In this document: positions 42,241 through 51,879 of the stretch, piece by piece
How positions within the stretch are numbered: the stretch's first letter is position 1
How the letters are laid out: each line of letters opens with the position of its first letter
Source: Patescibacteria group bacterium
Lineage (GTDB): Bacteria > Patescibacteriota > Patescibacteriia > UBA9570
Length of the DNA: 64,000 nt
Reading direction: 5' to 3'
Assembly (NCBI GenBank): GCA_024277435.1
Contig: JAJRVJ010000005.1
Span: 25,747 to 89,746 of the forward strand
Notes under the pieces: generated by a model
The model's database searches: none
What the model was told of the DNA's origin: nothing
What the model saw: only the letters and a program-made list of their open reading frames with translations
Made by a program: the position numbers and the translations under genes

Positions 42241-43524
42241 TTACTGAGTTGTATCTTGCGTCGATTTGCGTAATTGCATATTCTTTCTAATCTTACGATA
42301 GATAGCGCGAATTACTAGCCAGATTGGTACAAATATTACACTATACACGGCTAACCAGATAAAGAATCGTGTGAGTTTTCCGGTAGAATGGATTAATGAA
42401 GATAGCGCTTTACCTACTTCATACTTCACCATACCTGAGAATGTTGAACGATCATATTGATAGTAGTTACCATCCCAGAATGATTCATACTCTTTAACAA
42501 TCACTTCTACATCTACCATATTGAATTCGGTAATTGTTTCCTCACGCTCTAGTTGAGTATCTTCTAAGCGATCCTGAGCAATCTCTAAGGCATATTTAGT
42601 ATTCTCAATTACTTCTTCGCTAAGCTCCTCATCTTCAAGTGTTTTTTCTAAATCGGCAACATCATCTTCTAACACTGCAATCTGCTCATCAAGCTCAACC
42701 ACGTCTACACTTACATTATCAATTGAATAGGCGTTAATTTCTACCTCTTTATTACCATCAATGCCCTGTAAATAATCCTGAAAGGCATTCAGTTGATCAG
42801 CAGGAATGCGCACATTAATTTCACCAATAGTATTGTTATAGTCCGTAGCAATTACTGCCCCACCTAGATTCTTAGCTTCATTCTGAATCCCTTGTATGGA
42901 TTCCAACATATTATCCTTCACTTCAACAGTTAAGCTAACGGCCTCATCGTATAGTTGAAGTTTTTCTCCATCTTTAGAAACATAACTCGTTGCCTGAGTA
43001 TTTGCATTGCCATACGAGTTAATATCATCAAATTTATATTCTTCAAACTCATAACCAGACACACGTTTAGGTGTAGCTTCATCAGAAGCTGTTAGTGAAT
43101 CTCCTAAATCAGAATCTGGAGATCCAAAACCCGTAGCCTCCGATGAAGTATCAGAATATTCTGCAGAATCAAACGATACCGTTGAGCTACCTGAAGTAAA
43201 TTTATCTTTCTTTTCTTCTGCTTGATAGGCAATGCGTCCTTCAAGTACTGTAGTTGGAGAAGTTACATCATTCATCGTAACGGTGGTAATGAGCGCTAAT
43301 ACAGCTAAGCTAGATGCTCCTCCAATATATCCAAGCCACATCAGCCAGACAGGTGTTTTTTTAGTATTTAGGGATTCTTTCATAGGAATAGTTGATTGTT
43401 GTGAATTAGTGCGTTGTGTCCATGCTGAACGCAAACCATTTTCCACTCGCGTTTCCATAGCAGAAGTATTCGCTTCATCGAGTTGTTTACGCAATTGTTT
43501 GAATTGTTGTTCAGTATGGCTCAT
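42241..43524 (-). CDS. putative anti-sigma factor with DUF4349-like extracytoplasmic domain
   Basis: ATGA overlap with the ECF gene; short N-terminal region, TM, 'INVRIPA' plus coiled coil, C-terminal TM. Confidence 0.7.
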   Translation of the reverse strand: MSHTEQQFKQLRKQLDEANTSAMETRVENGLRSAWTQRTNSQQSTIPMKESLNTKKTPVWLMWLGYIGGASSLAVLALITTVTMNDVTSPTTVLEGRIAYQAEEKKDKFTSGSSTVSFDSAEYSDTSSEATGFGSPDSDLGDSLTASDEATPKRVSGYEFEEYKFDDINSYGNANTQATSYVSKDGEKLQLYDEAVSLTVEVKDNMLESIQGIQNEAKNLGGAVIATDYNNTIGEINVRIPADQLNAFQDYLQGIDGNKEVEINAYSIDNVSVDVVELDEQIAVLEDDVADLEKTLEDEELSEEVIENTKYALEIAQDRLEDTQLEREETITEFNMVDVEVIVKEYESFWDGNYYQYDRSTFSGMVKYEVGKALSSLIHSTGKLTRFFIWLAVYSVIFVPIWLVIRAIYRKIRKNMQLRKSTQDTTQ

Positions 43525-44042
43525 AGGTATTCTTGTAGACGTTTTAATGCACGATGAATCTTTACTCCGCAACTATTTGGTAACACTCCAAGTACTTCAG
43601 CAATATCTTGATTCGACATATCCTCAACGTACTTGAATGTGAGTAATTCCTGCTCTTCATTAGATAGTTTATGTAAGGCCATAAAGAAATCAGTCCACTG
43701 TTGTTGCTGAGTACCATCACCGCTCGATAATTCAACAACCACATCAAGATCTACAGTTGCGGCATTGGATTTCTTGCGAAAATACATGCGAGCGTGATTC
43801 AGCGCGATTTGTAATAGCCAGCTAGAAAACTTCGCACCAGTAACGGTATATGTATCTAGCTTATTCATTACCGTCACAAAGGTTTCTTGCGTAAGATCCT
43901 CTGCCAGCTGCACATTACTAGTTTTAACGAGTAGAAAACGATGCACCCGCTGAACATAAAACCGGTAAAGCTCTACAAAAGCTTCTTCTTCATGCTTGGC
44001 GGACTCTATCACTGCTGGAGCGATTTCCGGAAATTGGCTCAT
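43521..44042 (-). CDS. ECF RNA polymerase sigma factor
   Basis: AEDLTQETF, FSSWLLQIA.N, region 4 'DIAEVLG...IHRALKRL'. Confidence 0.92.
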   Translation of the reverse strand: MSQFPEIAPAVIESAKHEEEAFVELYRFYVQRVHRFLLVKTSNVQLAEDLTQETFVTVMNKLDTYTVTGAKFSSWLLQIALNHARMYFRKKSNAATVDLDVVVELSSGDGTQQQQWTDFFMALHKLSNEEQELLTFKYVEDMSNQDIAEVLGVLPNSCGVKIHRALKRLQEYL

Positions 44043-44109
44043 AATTACGCGTAAATACTGAGTAGTTTTCGTTTCTCGTACCTGTATAATGCGTGTGGTA
44101 TAGCAAATA

Positions 44110-45972
44110 TTACACAGCTTTAAACTGCTGTATTGCCACTACTTCATCATCGCCGTATACTTCCTGTGCTGTTGGCATTTGATCTCTTGCTGGTTGATCG
44201 CCAGAGAGCATAGGCCTTATTACTTCATACACTATTTGCGCAACTCGCTCATCGGTACGTTCTTTTCTGGGAATGTTATTACGTGGTCCATCTGATTGAA
44301 TTACTAATATATCATTAGGCCGTACATCAACGCGCCGTACTAACGAGACTTTATTTTTTCGAATATCACCTATTTGCGCACCACCATGCCGGTCTTTGGA
44401 AATATTTAATGGCAATCCCTGAGTTTTTTTCTCTTCGTTTATAGAGGCTGGCAATAATTGAGCTTCACCATTGCGTACCAAATACGCCTCACAATCTCCT
44501 ATATCTACTACTAGCACTTGCCCTACCTCTGGAAAGTATAATGAACCAAATATCGTAGAACCACCTTCGTCTTCTAAATCTTCTAGTGACGCTGGAAGAT
44601 CAGATAGGTGCTCTAAAATATATGCCTCAGCTTCATCTATATTCATTGCTGATGCATGATTAAATATATCCATTAATGCATGAGTAATTCTGCGAGCTGT
44701 TTCCGCAGAATTACTAAAGGTAGTGTTACCATCTGCAACTATCATGGCCCCAATTTTTGAATTCGTTAATACATAATCTTCACCGTGATCATTAAGATGA
44801 TACTCCATATTTTCTGGCCATATATCATAGTCTGCGTGAAATGTACGACGCTTTGGAACTTTATCTTTCTTCTTTACTCCAAGCGTAACGATTCGTGATA
44901 CAGTAGTTTCTATATCTTCAATAATTTCAGGGATACCAGTTGATCTACGCTGTTCAATTCTACCAGTTAAGACATATGTCTCTCTAATACGCTTCACTAC
45001 ACCTTTAAAAAAGTCTGGGGTATACGCATCTCGATTCGCTGCCATCATATTATATAAATCACGCAGTTCACTACGAATATCCAAAATATCTTGCTCCGAC
45101 CCTTCAATAATTTCTGTATTCTTTTTATCTTGATAATATTTTTCGTGCGCAATAATTCTAGCATTAAAATCGTAGTACGTAATTTGTTCACGTAACATTT
45201 CTCGGCTAAATTCAAAAGGCTTTTCAGTACTTCCAAATACCTCTGGTAATTCATGTTCTAAGTATGCTCTTGCAGTAAGTGCCTCTGCCTGCTGTGCAAA
45301 CACATCGATATCATCATCACTCTGCATGGTTTTAACTTCCGCATTTAAACTTTGCAGACGACTTAATAAATCATACAAATGAGCCTGATCCGAATCGCTA
45401 GCCTCCTTTGCTAGGACGTTAATACTCACAACGAAATCATGCAAATATTTCACTAGAATATACTTCCGCTCGGCAATATCAGATGAAACTGATAAGTCTG
45501 GAAAGTGCGGCATCTCATGAACTTTGGGTAAATCACGAACCTCACCATGAGTAGATTCAACTAACGTCGCTATTTTTTCTACCTCAGACTCTATGGCATG
45601 TAATACATCTTCTTGGGTAGAAATTGAAGCTTCCTGCCAAGATTGGAGCTTCTCTCTGTGCCCATTAAGTATACGCTTCCTACCTTCTAACCCTTGAACA
45701 GTTTTTACAAGCCATCCCACTAATCCACTTAAGCCTTCTAACTTATATTCTAGCGAACGCTGCTCACGTTCAACTACATGCAAAATAGCATCCACACGAT
45801 CTTGTAAAACTGTATGGCGATCGCTTTCATAATGTGGCACTTCAACTCCTAAAGCCTCTTCAGCGCGAACCACTGCATCCGCTGGAGCGTCCTCTATACC
45901 CTCACTCTGCGCAGCTCCGTCAACTAAGACTGGCGATCGTGATTGAACTCTATCTATACCTGGTTCTTGCAT
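44110..45972 (-). CDS. coiled-coil protein with C-terminal PP2C/PPM-like phosphatase domain
   Basis: Metal-binding motifs IVADG, DIGDC, IQSDG and GDD in PPM order. Confidence 0.7.
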   Translation of the reverse strand: MQEPGIDRVQSRSPVLVDGAAQSEGIEDAPADAVVRAEEALGVEVPHYESDRHTVLQDRVDAILHVVEREQRSLEYKLEGLSGLVGWLVKTVQGLEGRKRILNGHREKLQSWQEASISTQEDVLHAIESEVEKIATLVESTHGEVRDLPKVHEMPHFPDLSVSSDIAERKYILVKYLHDFVVSINVLAKEASDSDQAHLYDLLSRLQSLNAEVKTMQSDDDIDVFAQQAEALTARAYLEHELPEVFGSTEKPFEFSREMLREQITYYDFNARIIAHEKYYQDKKNTEIIEGSEQDILDIRSELRDLYNMMAANRDAYTPDFFKGVVKRIRETYVLTGRIEQRRSTGIPEIIEDIETTVSRIVTLGVKKKDKVPKRRTFHADYDIWPENMEYHLNDHGEDYVLTNSKIGAMIVADGNTTFSNSAETARRITHALMDIFNHASAMNIDEAEAYILEHLSDLPASLEDLEDEGGSTIFGSLYFPEVGQVLVVDIGDCEAYLVRNGEAQLLPASINEEKKTQGLPLNISKDRHGGAQIGDIRKNKVSLVRRVDVRPNDILVIQSDGPRNNIPRKERTDERVAQIVYEVIRPMLSGDQPARDQMPTAQEVYGDDEVVAIQQFKAV

Positions 45973-45977
45973 TTCTA

Positions 45978-47708
45978 TTATTTACCGGTATGGTGCTTAC
46001 GAGCGCTTGATTTAAATTGCGAACGACGATTTCGACCTCGCACCTTACCGCCCGACGAAACATGAGAACCAACGGCCATTTGCATCTGTTTAGGTCCACT
46101 TCGAATATAAAAATGAGGCGCAGTCCATTCCTGCTTCGAAATCTGTCCTGTCATAACTGGATCCACACCTGGTGGTGGATTACCCTTACCAGTCTCGCCC
46201 TCTCCTTTGCTCGCTCCATCAGATTCACCTAATGATGTTGGCTCACCATGCGATTGCCCATTACGAGAGCGTCGCCGTTCATCCTCGCGCTGTATTTTAC
46301 CTAAACGTGTGTACGTTTTACGCAGCTTCTGGCGAGCTCGACGCAACGCATTATCGCTCATATCACCATTATTCCCAGAGAGAAGTTGGTGAAATAATAA
46401 TGCAGACTGGTTTAAATAATACTCAATGCGCGGATGCGCTACCAATTCTGTATTAGTCAATATATTTGCTAAAGTTTCCAAATGCTCACTCGTAAAACCA
46501 CCACGTAGCCACTTTGGCGTTTCGTCTGGATTATTTACACAATACTGTAAGTTCTCTAACTGCCAACCTAACACTGTTACACCTGGATCGGATTGTACTT
46601 CATCAGAATTCCTACCATGTTCAATCTGACGCTCTATCCAGGTGGACAATGATTGCATTTCACTAGGTAATTCACCAGCCGTCTCTTGAATATGTTTAAT
46701 CAATCGTTGTGTTTCAGTTTGTCCTTCTTCACGTGCCCACTCTTTATAATGCACATTCTCGGCTGGAATATCAGCCGGCACCAAAGCATTCACACCCTTT
46801 ACATCAACGATTGTATGTAATGTAACGCCACGCTGTAAACCATCTTCAAGTACCGACTCAGCTTCAGCTGGAACATCTTTTCCATGATTTACCTTATCAA
46901 TTAAACGAGTAACTTCTCGAAGTTTACCAGCTTCACTTTCAGCTTTAAATGTATAACCAGCAGCCTCTAAATCACTAATCATATCTTGTTCACTACCACG
47001 CTCGCCAACACCTTCTATTGTAACGATTGCGTTTTCAAAACCCATGTCATGTAATTTTGTAGTAAGCCAAACCTGCGCATGCTCTGCAGTATTCAAAGAT
47101 AATTGCATATTCGCCTCCGCTGAACCCTCCGGACTACGATATGCCTCACCTGTAACCGTAACTCCTGTAACCATACTCATATCCTTGGATTGCAACACTT
47201 GTGCTAACTCACCAAACGACTGTTGCACAGCACTTTCAAGAGCCGCTTCAGCAGCTACTTGCTCAGCATCTTCACCAGCTTCCGTTTCAACTCGGCTAAA
47301 ATCACGTCCTGCAAAATGATATGGTACCTCTTGCTCGAATACCACAGTTTGAGCGGGTTGTAATTCAACAATAGTTCCTGCATCAACCGTTGCGCCATCT
47401 ACAGCAATTACCGCTACATCAGACGAGGTATCAACCTGCACATCATGATTTTGCAAAAGTTTACGCAAACCTTGCTCTGATGAAAAGTCCATATCAGATG
47501 AAGGAGATTCAGCGGCCTTAGCTTCAATCGAATGCTCACGTGGCTGCATTACAGCAAAATTAAAAGCCGCAACTAACGATGCTGCCATTCCTAAACGAAA
47601 ACGCAATCCCTCACGAAGTGATTGTAAAAATGCTTCTGGCCCGCTTTCTCGTTCGGGCGATAATGAATGACGCGCTGGATGATTAGGCTCTCGAGTGTTG
47701 TTATTCAT
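45978..47708 (-). CDS. orphan membrane-anchored protein with OmpA-C-like segment
   Basis: Hydrophobic segment near the N-terminus; RSPEGSAEANMQLS...A and GVGE resemble an OmpA-like domain; basic disordered tail. Confidence 0.6.
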   Translation of the reverse strand: MNNNTREPNHPARHSLSPERESGPEAFLQSLREGLRFRLGMAASLVAAFNFAVMQPREHSIEAKAAESPSSDMDFSSEQGLRKLLQNHDVQVDTSSDVAVIAVDGATVDAGTIVELQPAQTVVFEQEVPYHFAGRDFSRVETEAGEDAEQVAAEAALESAVQQSFGELAQVLQSKDMSMVTGVTVTGEAYRSPEGSAEANMQLSLNTAEHAQVWLTTKLHDMGFENAIVTIEGVGERGSEQDMISDLEAAGYTFKAESEAGKLREVTRLIDKVNHGKDVPAEAESVLEDGLQRGVTLHTIVDVKGVNALVPADIPAENVHYKEWAREEGQTETQRLIKHIQETAGELPSEMQSLSTWIERQIEHGRNSDEVQSDPGVTVLGWQLENLQYCVNNPDETPKWLRGGFTSEHLETLANILTNTELVAHPRIEYYLNQSALLFHQLLSGNNGDMSDNALRRARQKLRKTYTRLGKIQREDERRRSRNGQSHGEPTSLGESDGASKGEGETGKGNPPPGVDPVMTGQISKQEWTAPHFYIRSGPKQMQMAVGSHVSSGGKVRGRNRRSQFKSSARKHHTGK

Positions 47709-47745
47709 AACAATAATAATACGTTTTTATAATTATTAACGAATC

Positions 47746-47774
47746 ACTATACATAAATATTTACATATTGTCAA
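47746..47774 (-). promoter_or_regulatory. sigma70 promoter of the 576-aa/620-aa gene pair
   Basis: TTGACA-N17-TATAGT. Confidence 0.75.
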
Positions 47775-49252
47775 GTATGCCAACGAATACCATTGTATTT
47801 AGCGATAAGATCCACAGCGCCTGCCGGACCCCATGACGCTTGTTCATATGTTTCAACTGAAATATCTGCGTCACTAGCCCAGGCATCTAATACTGGTTGA
47901 ATAATCTCCCACTGCCGCATTACTTCTTTAGTGGTTGGAAATAATGATTGATCACCTACAATCACGTCATGAATTAAACGTTCATATGGAGAAGGCTGTT
48001 CTTTAGTAAATGCATTTTTATAGAAAAAATCCATATCAACCTGATCCGTAGCAATATCAAAACCTGGTTGCTTAGCATAAAGGCGTAACGTAACACCCTC
48101 CTCTGGTTGTACACGAATTTTTAAAATATTGGGAGCTGTTTGAATGCCTTGCGTGCTACAAATATTTGAAGTGCATGGTGAAAAATGAATAGAGATAGTA
48201 GTAGACTTACGTTTCATACGTTTACCAGTTTGAATAAAAATTGGCACATCAGTCCACGATGGATGATTAGATTGTAAACGCAGCGCCGCATATGTATCCG
48301 TTTTTGAATCTTCCTTTACTCCAGGAATATCTTGATAACCCTCATACTGTCCACGTACAGCAATGTCACTAATAGTTGCATGAGACGCTAAGCGCAAAGA
48401 ATCTAAAATAGCCTCCTTGCTGCGATGAATATCTTTTGATTCTAAACTAAATGGTTCATCCATCATTACTAGTGCAAGCAATGCTAACACATGACTTTGC
48501 ACCATATCACGTAATGCACCTGCTCCATCGTAATACGCCGCTCGCTGTTCTACACCTAAATCTTCCGCGGCCGTAATTTGAATATGATCAATCCCCTGTG
48601 GATTCCATGAATCACGAATCACTGGATTGGTAAATCGAAATAATAAAATGTTCTGCACGGTTTCTTTAGCAAGATAATGATCCATCCGATAAATCTGCTC
48701 TTCTTCAGCATAATTCAATACCGTTTCATTTAAAGCCTTGGCTGTTTCTACATCATGTCCAAATGGTTTCTCTATAACAATTTTAGCTTTCACTCCAATC
48801 TCGGAACATTCTCCCGCTAAATCAGCAGATTTAAGTTGCTCAATGATAGGAATAAAAAACTGTGGAGCCGTTGCTAAATAAAACACCGATTGATGCGGCA
48901 TCTTACATTGTTCATCACGCGCGCGTAACTCCTGGGTGATGCGTTCATATGTAGCTGTATCATCAAACACACCTGATACATAATCAAATAACTGCACAAA
49001 CTCATCAAGTCGATCTAGTGATCGATTATTATCAATATAGGTTTTAACACTGTCTTTTACTAACTGCCGATATTCAGCTTGAGAAATATCTCTACGTGCC
49101 ACGGCAATAAAACTAATATCATCTGGTAATAAATGATTGATATATAAATGATATATTGCCGGCAATAACTTACGCCGAGATAAATCACCGGTTCCACCAA
49201 AAATTACAAAATTGGTTGGATGATATGTAGCACCTTCTAACTTCTGAATCAT
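47771..49252 (-). CDS. zwf: glucose-6-phosphate 1-dehydrogenase
   Basis: IFGGTGDL, IEKPFG, RMDHYLAKE, RDMVQSH, YERLI. Confidence 0.96.
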   Translation of the reverse strand: MIQKLEGATYHPTNFVIFGGTGDLSRRKLLPAIYHLYINHLLPDDISFIAVARRDISQAEYRQLVKDSVKTYIDNNRSLDRLDEFVQLFDYVSGVFDDTATYERITQELRARDEQCKMPHQSVFYLATAPQFFIPIIEQLKSADLAGECSEIGVKAKIVIEKPFGHDVETAKALNETVLNYAEEEQIYRMDHYLAKETVQNILLFRFTNPVIRDSWNPQGIDHIQITAAEDLGVEQRAAYYDGAGALRDMVQSHVLALLALVMMDEPFSLESKDIHRSKEAILDSLRLASHATISDIAVRGQYEGYQDIPGVKEDSKTDTYAALRLQSNHPSWTDVPIFIQTGKRMKRKSTTISIHFSPCTSNICSTQGIQTAPNILKIRVQPEEGVTLRLYAKQPGFDIATDQVDMDFFYKNAFTKEQPSPYERLIHDVIVGDQSLFPTTKEVMRQWEIIQPVLDAWASDADISVETYEQASWGPAGAVDLIAKYNGIRWHT

Positions 49253-49288
49253 ATATACAGTATACCACATCTACTACAGCCTGTAATA

Positions 49289-49327
49289 GACAACGCCCCA
49301 TGATCTTGCAACCATGAGGCGTTTGTC
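49289..49327 (-). terminator. 3' hairpin (GCAA loop) closing GC-rich cassette 1
   Basis: GACAAACGCCTCATGGTT-GCAA-GATCATGGGGCGTTGTC; no clear U-tract. Confidence 0.55.
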
Positions 49328-49336
49328 CTCCTCGTA

Positions 49337-50311
49337 CTAATCATCACGTTCGCACCGCTCGAAAGCGAGCTGGCGCCTGGTGTTACGCAGAGTCTCTGCT
49401 CCACCGCCATTCTTCAGCTGCCGCAGCAACCGATGAATTTCTACGCCCATCTGATACCAGACCAGTGGATTGTAGAAAGCGGTGTGACCCAGCTGCAGCC
49501 ACAGCGGCTGCGCATAGTACCAGCGCGTCCGCAGCTCTTCCAGCGTGATTCCGGCATCTTCATCCGGTGGGACGATTCTGGCATTGCTACGCAGAACCAC
49601 CCGATCGCCCCAGGTGGCACAGAAGAACCGCATGTGTACACCCCACTCACTATGAAGCTGCAACACACGATCTCTCCAACGGACAGCCGTGGAATGCTTC
49701 AGGCTCATACTCACAGCGGTCATGTGCTTACTCAGCACCGATAACCCAGATCCGCGCCAGGGCGTGGAAATGGTGAAGATGCTGTCCAGCACAATTCCAT
49801 ACTCTTCAATGAGCCGCTCAGCCAGAACAGTGATGTCTCTACCACCCTTGCTAAAGGCCAGTCCGATCACGGGAATGTCTGCTACGTAGTCCGCTACGAT
49901 GGCTTCGTACACGGGCTGAAGCTGAAGCTCTGCAATGCGGGCAGCCGACCGAACGTTGCCGTTGGTTGGCGTTACCATCATCACGATGCGCACGCCCCAC
50001 CAGCGTGACAGAGCTCGGGCAATCCAGTACGCTTCCTCTGTGAGCTGCTGAAAGCCCAAAGATACCACCACGGTAGCCAAGTGCTTGCCATGAGGTTCGA
50101 ACTGGCGCGGCATCTTACCGTACCGAAGCCGAACATACCGAATTGTAATGGCTGCCAGCAAGAGAATTGGAATGTGCGTAACGGCCAAGACGAAGATCTC
50201 GCGATCCGTCAGCACGCGGCGCAACTTCCGCAGAACGAATCGTGCTTTTCTCCACTGCACAGACACCTTCCACCGGAAGGAATCGCGCGGCGCCTTGTTA
50301 AACCAATGCAT
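49337..50311 (-). CDS. GC-rich orphan alpha/beta hydrolase (lipase/PGAP1-like) with N-terminal TM
   Basis: SD GGAGG 5 nt before ATG 50311; nucleophile elbow AFSKGG, TISTPWRGS, GDRVV, GH. Confidence 0.7.
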   Translation of the reverse strand: MHWFNKAPRDSFRWKVSVQWRKARFVLRKLRRVLTDREIFVLAVTHIPILLLAAITIRYVRLRYGKMPRQFEPHGKHLATVVVSLGFQQLTEEAYWIARALSRWWGVRIVMMVTPTNGNVRSAARIAELQLQPVYEAIVADYVADIPVIGLAFSKGGRDITVLAERLIEEYGIVLDSIFTISTPWRGSGLSVLSKHMTAVSMSLKHSTAVRWRDRVLQLHSEWGVHMRFFCATWGDRVVLRSNARIVPPDEDAGITLEELRTRWYYAQPLWLQLGHTAFYNPLVWYQMGVEIHRLLRQLKNGGGAETLRNTRRQLAFERCERDD

Positions 50312-50384
50312 TACTCCCTCCGATGTCCAGTGATTATAAAAGTACTCTCTATCAAATAACTCGATTCTAGCAGTTTTGTCAATC

Positions 50385-50413
50385 AAAAACACCCCATAGA
50401 TATCCATGGGGTG
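50385..50413 (-). terminator. intrinsic terminator of 50434..51660
   Basis: CACCCCAT/ATGGGGTG stem followed by TTTTT on the minus strand. Confidence 0.8.
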
Positions 50414-50433
50414 CTTATTTACTTCTCTACAAT

Positions 50434-51660
50434 TTATGAGCTAAGCGCTTTCGTTTTTACGCCACGATATTTTGTGTAAGGAAGCCACTGGTCATCAACC
50501 CTCACGCGTACCCGAACTGTATATGTAGTTTCTGGATCAAGTCCACGAAATGTAGCTCTTCGTTTTCTAATAGTTTTTTGTTGCACTAATTTTCCATCCG
50601 AGCCTTTAATTTGCCAACGATACTTACTAGCACCTTTAATCTTTTTAGTTTTTATAGTTAGTTTATGAGCTTTACGGAATTTTTTAATCACTCGCGGTTG
50701 ATTACCTTTTAGCTTCTTTAATTTATAACGACCAACCTCCGTAGAATCAATAGCTTTGTTGACGTCTGTAGAGGCTAATACTGTTCCAAAATAACTATCA
50801 TCAAAAGTACTTAACGACACCTCTAGATAATCATAATAATTCCAACCCGTAACATTAAATACATCATCGCCAGAGGCCACTAATGCCATATCTACCTCTA
50901 ACGCACCTTCGGTATAGAGTTTACTGCCGCTATTATTTGCATTACTAGATAACTGAGCAGTTGTAAAATCAATTAATTCTGTATCAACATTATAGTGAAA
51001 TGTTCCTGAATTATCAGTATCTTCCCAAAATTTAATCTCTACCGGATTATCAATACCAGGCTCCATACCAGGAATGCTGCTATCAAATTCATCCATGGTA
51101 AGATGAATCGTATAAAAGTAGAGGTCATCTTGCGCCGTAAGATTATTTATACTAAACACCAGCCATTTATCAAAATCTACTGGACTACCAATCGTGTCAC
51201 CAGGACCATTCGTAGAATCTACGTCACCTAATTCAAAATACGATCCACCGCCATCACCAGTAACCACATCTAATGGCTCAATCCCAACGAGCGGAAAAAA
51301 TGATTTGTAGTACACATAAAACCATTGCGCATCATTGCATACTTTTACATCTTCAATATCCATCATGCGATCAACGTCTAAGCGCCAATCATAACCAGCC
51401 GCTAAAGCGGCGGCGCCAGTTACTTCAGTTACTTCATTTACCCAAGTATCAGTAGTGCTATTATAGTACCACCAATTTTCTGTAACATCAGCTCCATCAC
51501 TAACTAGCGATGTAATAGGCGTCCATTCGGAAGCATTATTATCAATAACTACTGAAGAGCAAGCACTTACAGCGCTAGCACTTGTTGGCACGACGAACCA
51601 TGTAATCATCATGGCTGGAGCAATCAACCAACTGACGATGCGAATAAATCTTTTATGCAT
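50434..51660 (-). CDS. secreted acidic protein with C-terminal Lys-rich FN3 domain
   Basis: Signal peptide (ASA); 'FRGLDPETTYTVRVR' FN3 within a basic C-terminus. Confidence 0.8.
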   Translation of the reverse strand: MHKRFIRIVSWLIAPAMMITWFVVPTSASAVSACSSVVIDNNASEWTPITSLVSDGADVTENWWYYNSTTDTWVNEVTEVTGAAALAAGYDWRLDVDRMMDIEDVKVCNDAQWFYVYYKSFFPLVGIEPLDVVTGDGGGSYFELGDVDSTNGPGDTIGSPVDFDKWLVFSINNLTAQDDLYFYTIHLTMDEFDSSIPGMEPGIDNPVEIKFWEDTDNSGTFHYNVDTELIDFTTAQLSSNANNSGSKLYTEGALEVDMALVASGDDVFNVTGWNYYDYLEVSLSTFDDSYFGTVLASTDVNKAIDSTEVGRYKLKKLKGNQPRVIKKFRKAHKLTIKTKKIKGASKYRWQIKGSDGKLVQQKTIRKRRATFRGLDPETTYTVRVRVRVDDQWLPYTKYRGVKTKALSS

Positions 51661-51685
51661 ACTATTTCTATTATTTATGAATTAT

Positions 51686-51831
51686 AAAAAAGATATGTTG
51701 CACTAATGACACTGTTTATCATTATGCGAACATACCCATTCCCTGTTTGAGTATTATAGTATATGGTCTCGCTTATAAGAGCCTACACAGGATGACCACG
51801 TATAGTTTATACAACAAGATTCATGTGTCAA
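51686..51831 (-). promoter_or_regulatory. promoter plus structured leader containing an intrinsic terminator
   Basis: TTGACA-N16-TAAACT; possible three-way junction at 51764-51798; hairpin 51694-51734 followed by TCTTTTTT shortly before the ATG. Confidence 0.55.
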
Positions 51832-51879
51832 TCAAAAATATCACAACTACTGAGTAGTGAGTTGATAGCCTCGATACTA

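Noticed and set aside
44043-44075. Autoregulatory ECF promoter GAAAAC-N15-CGTA
   Set aside because: Spacing is short and the motif is only 3 nt from the ATG; cannot be supported without the ECF group consensus
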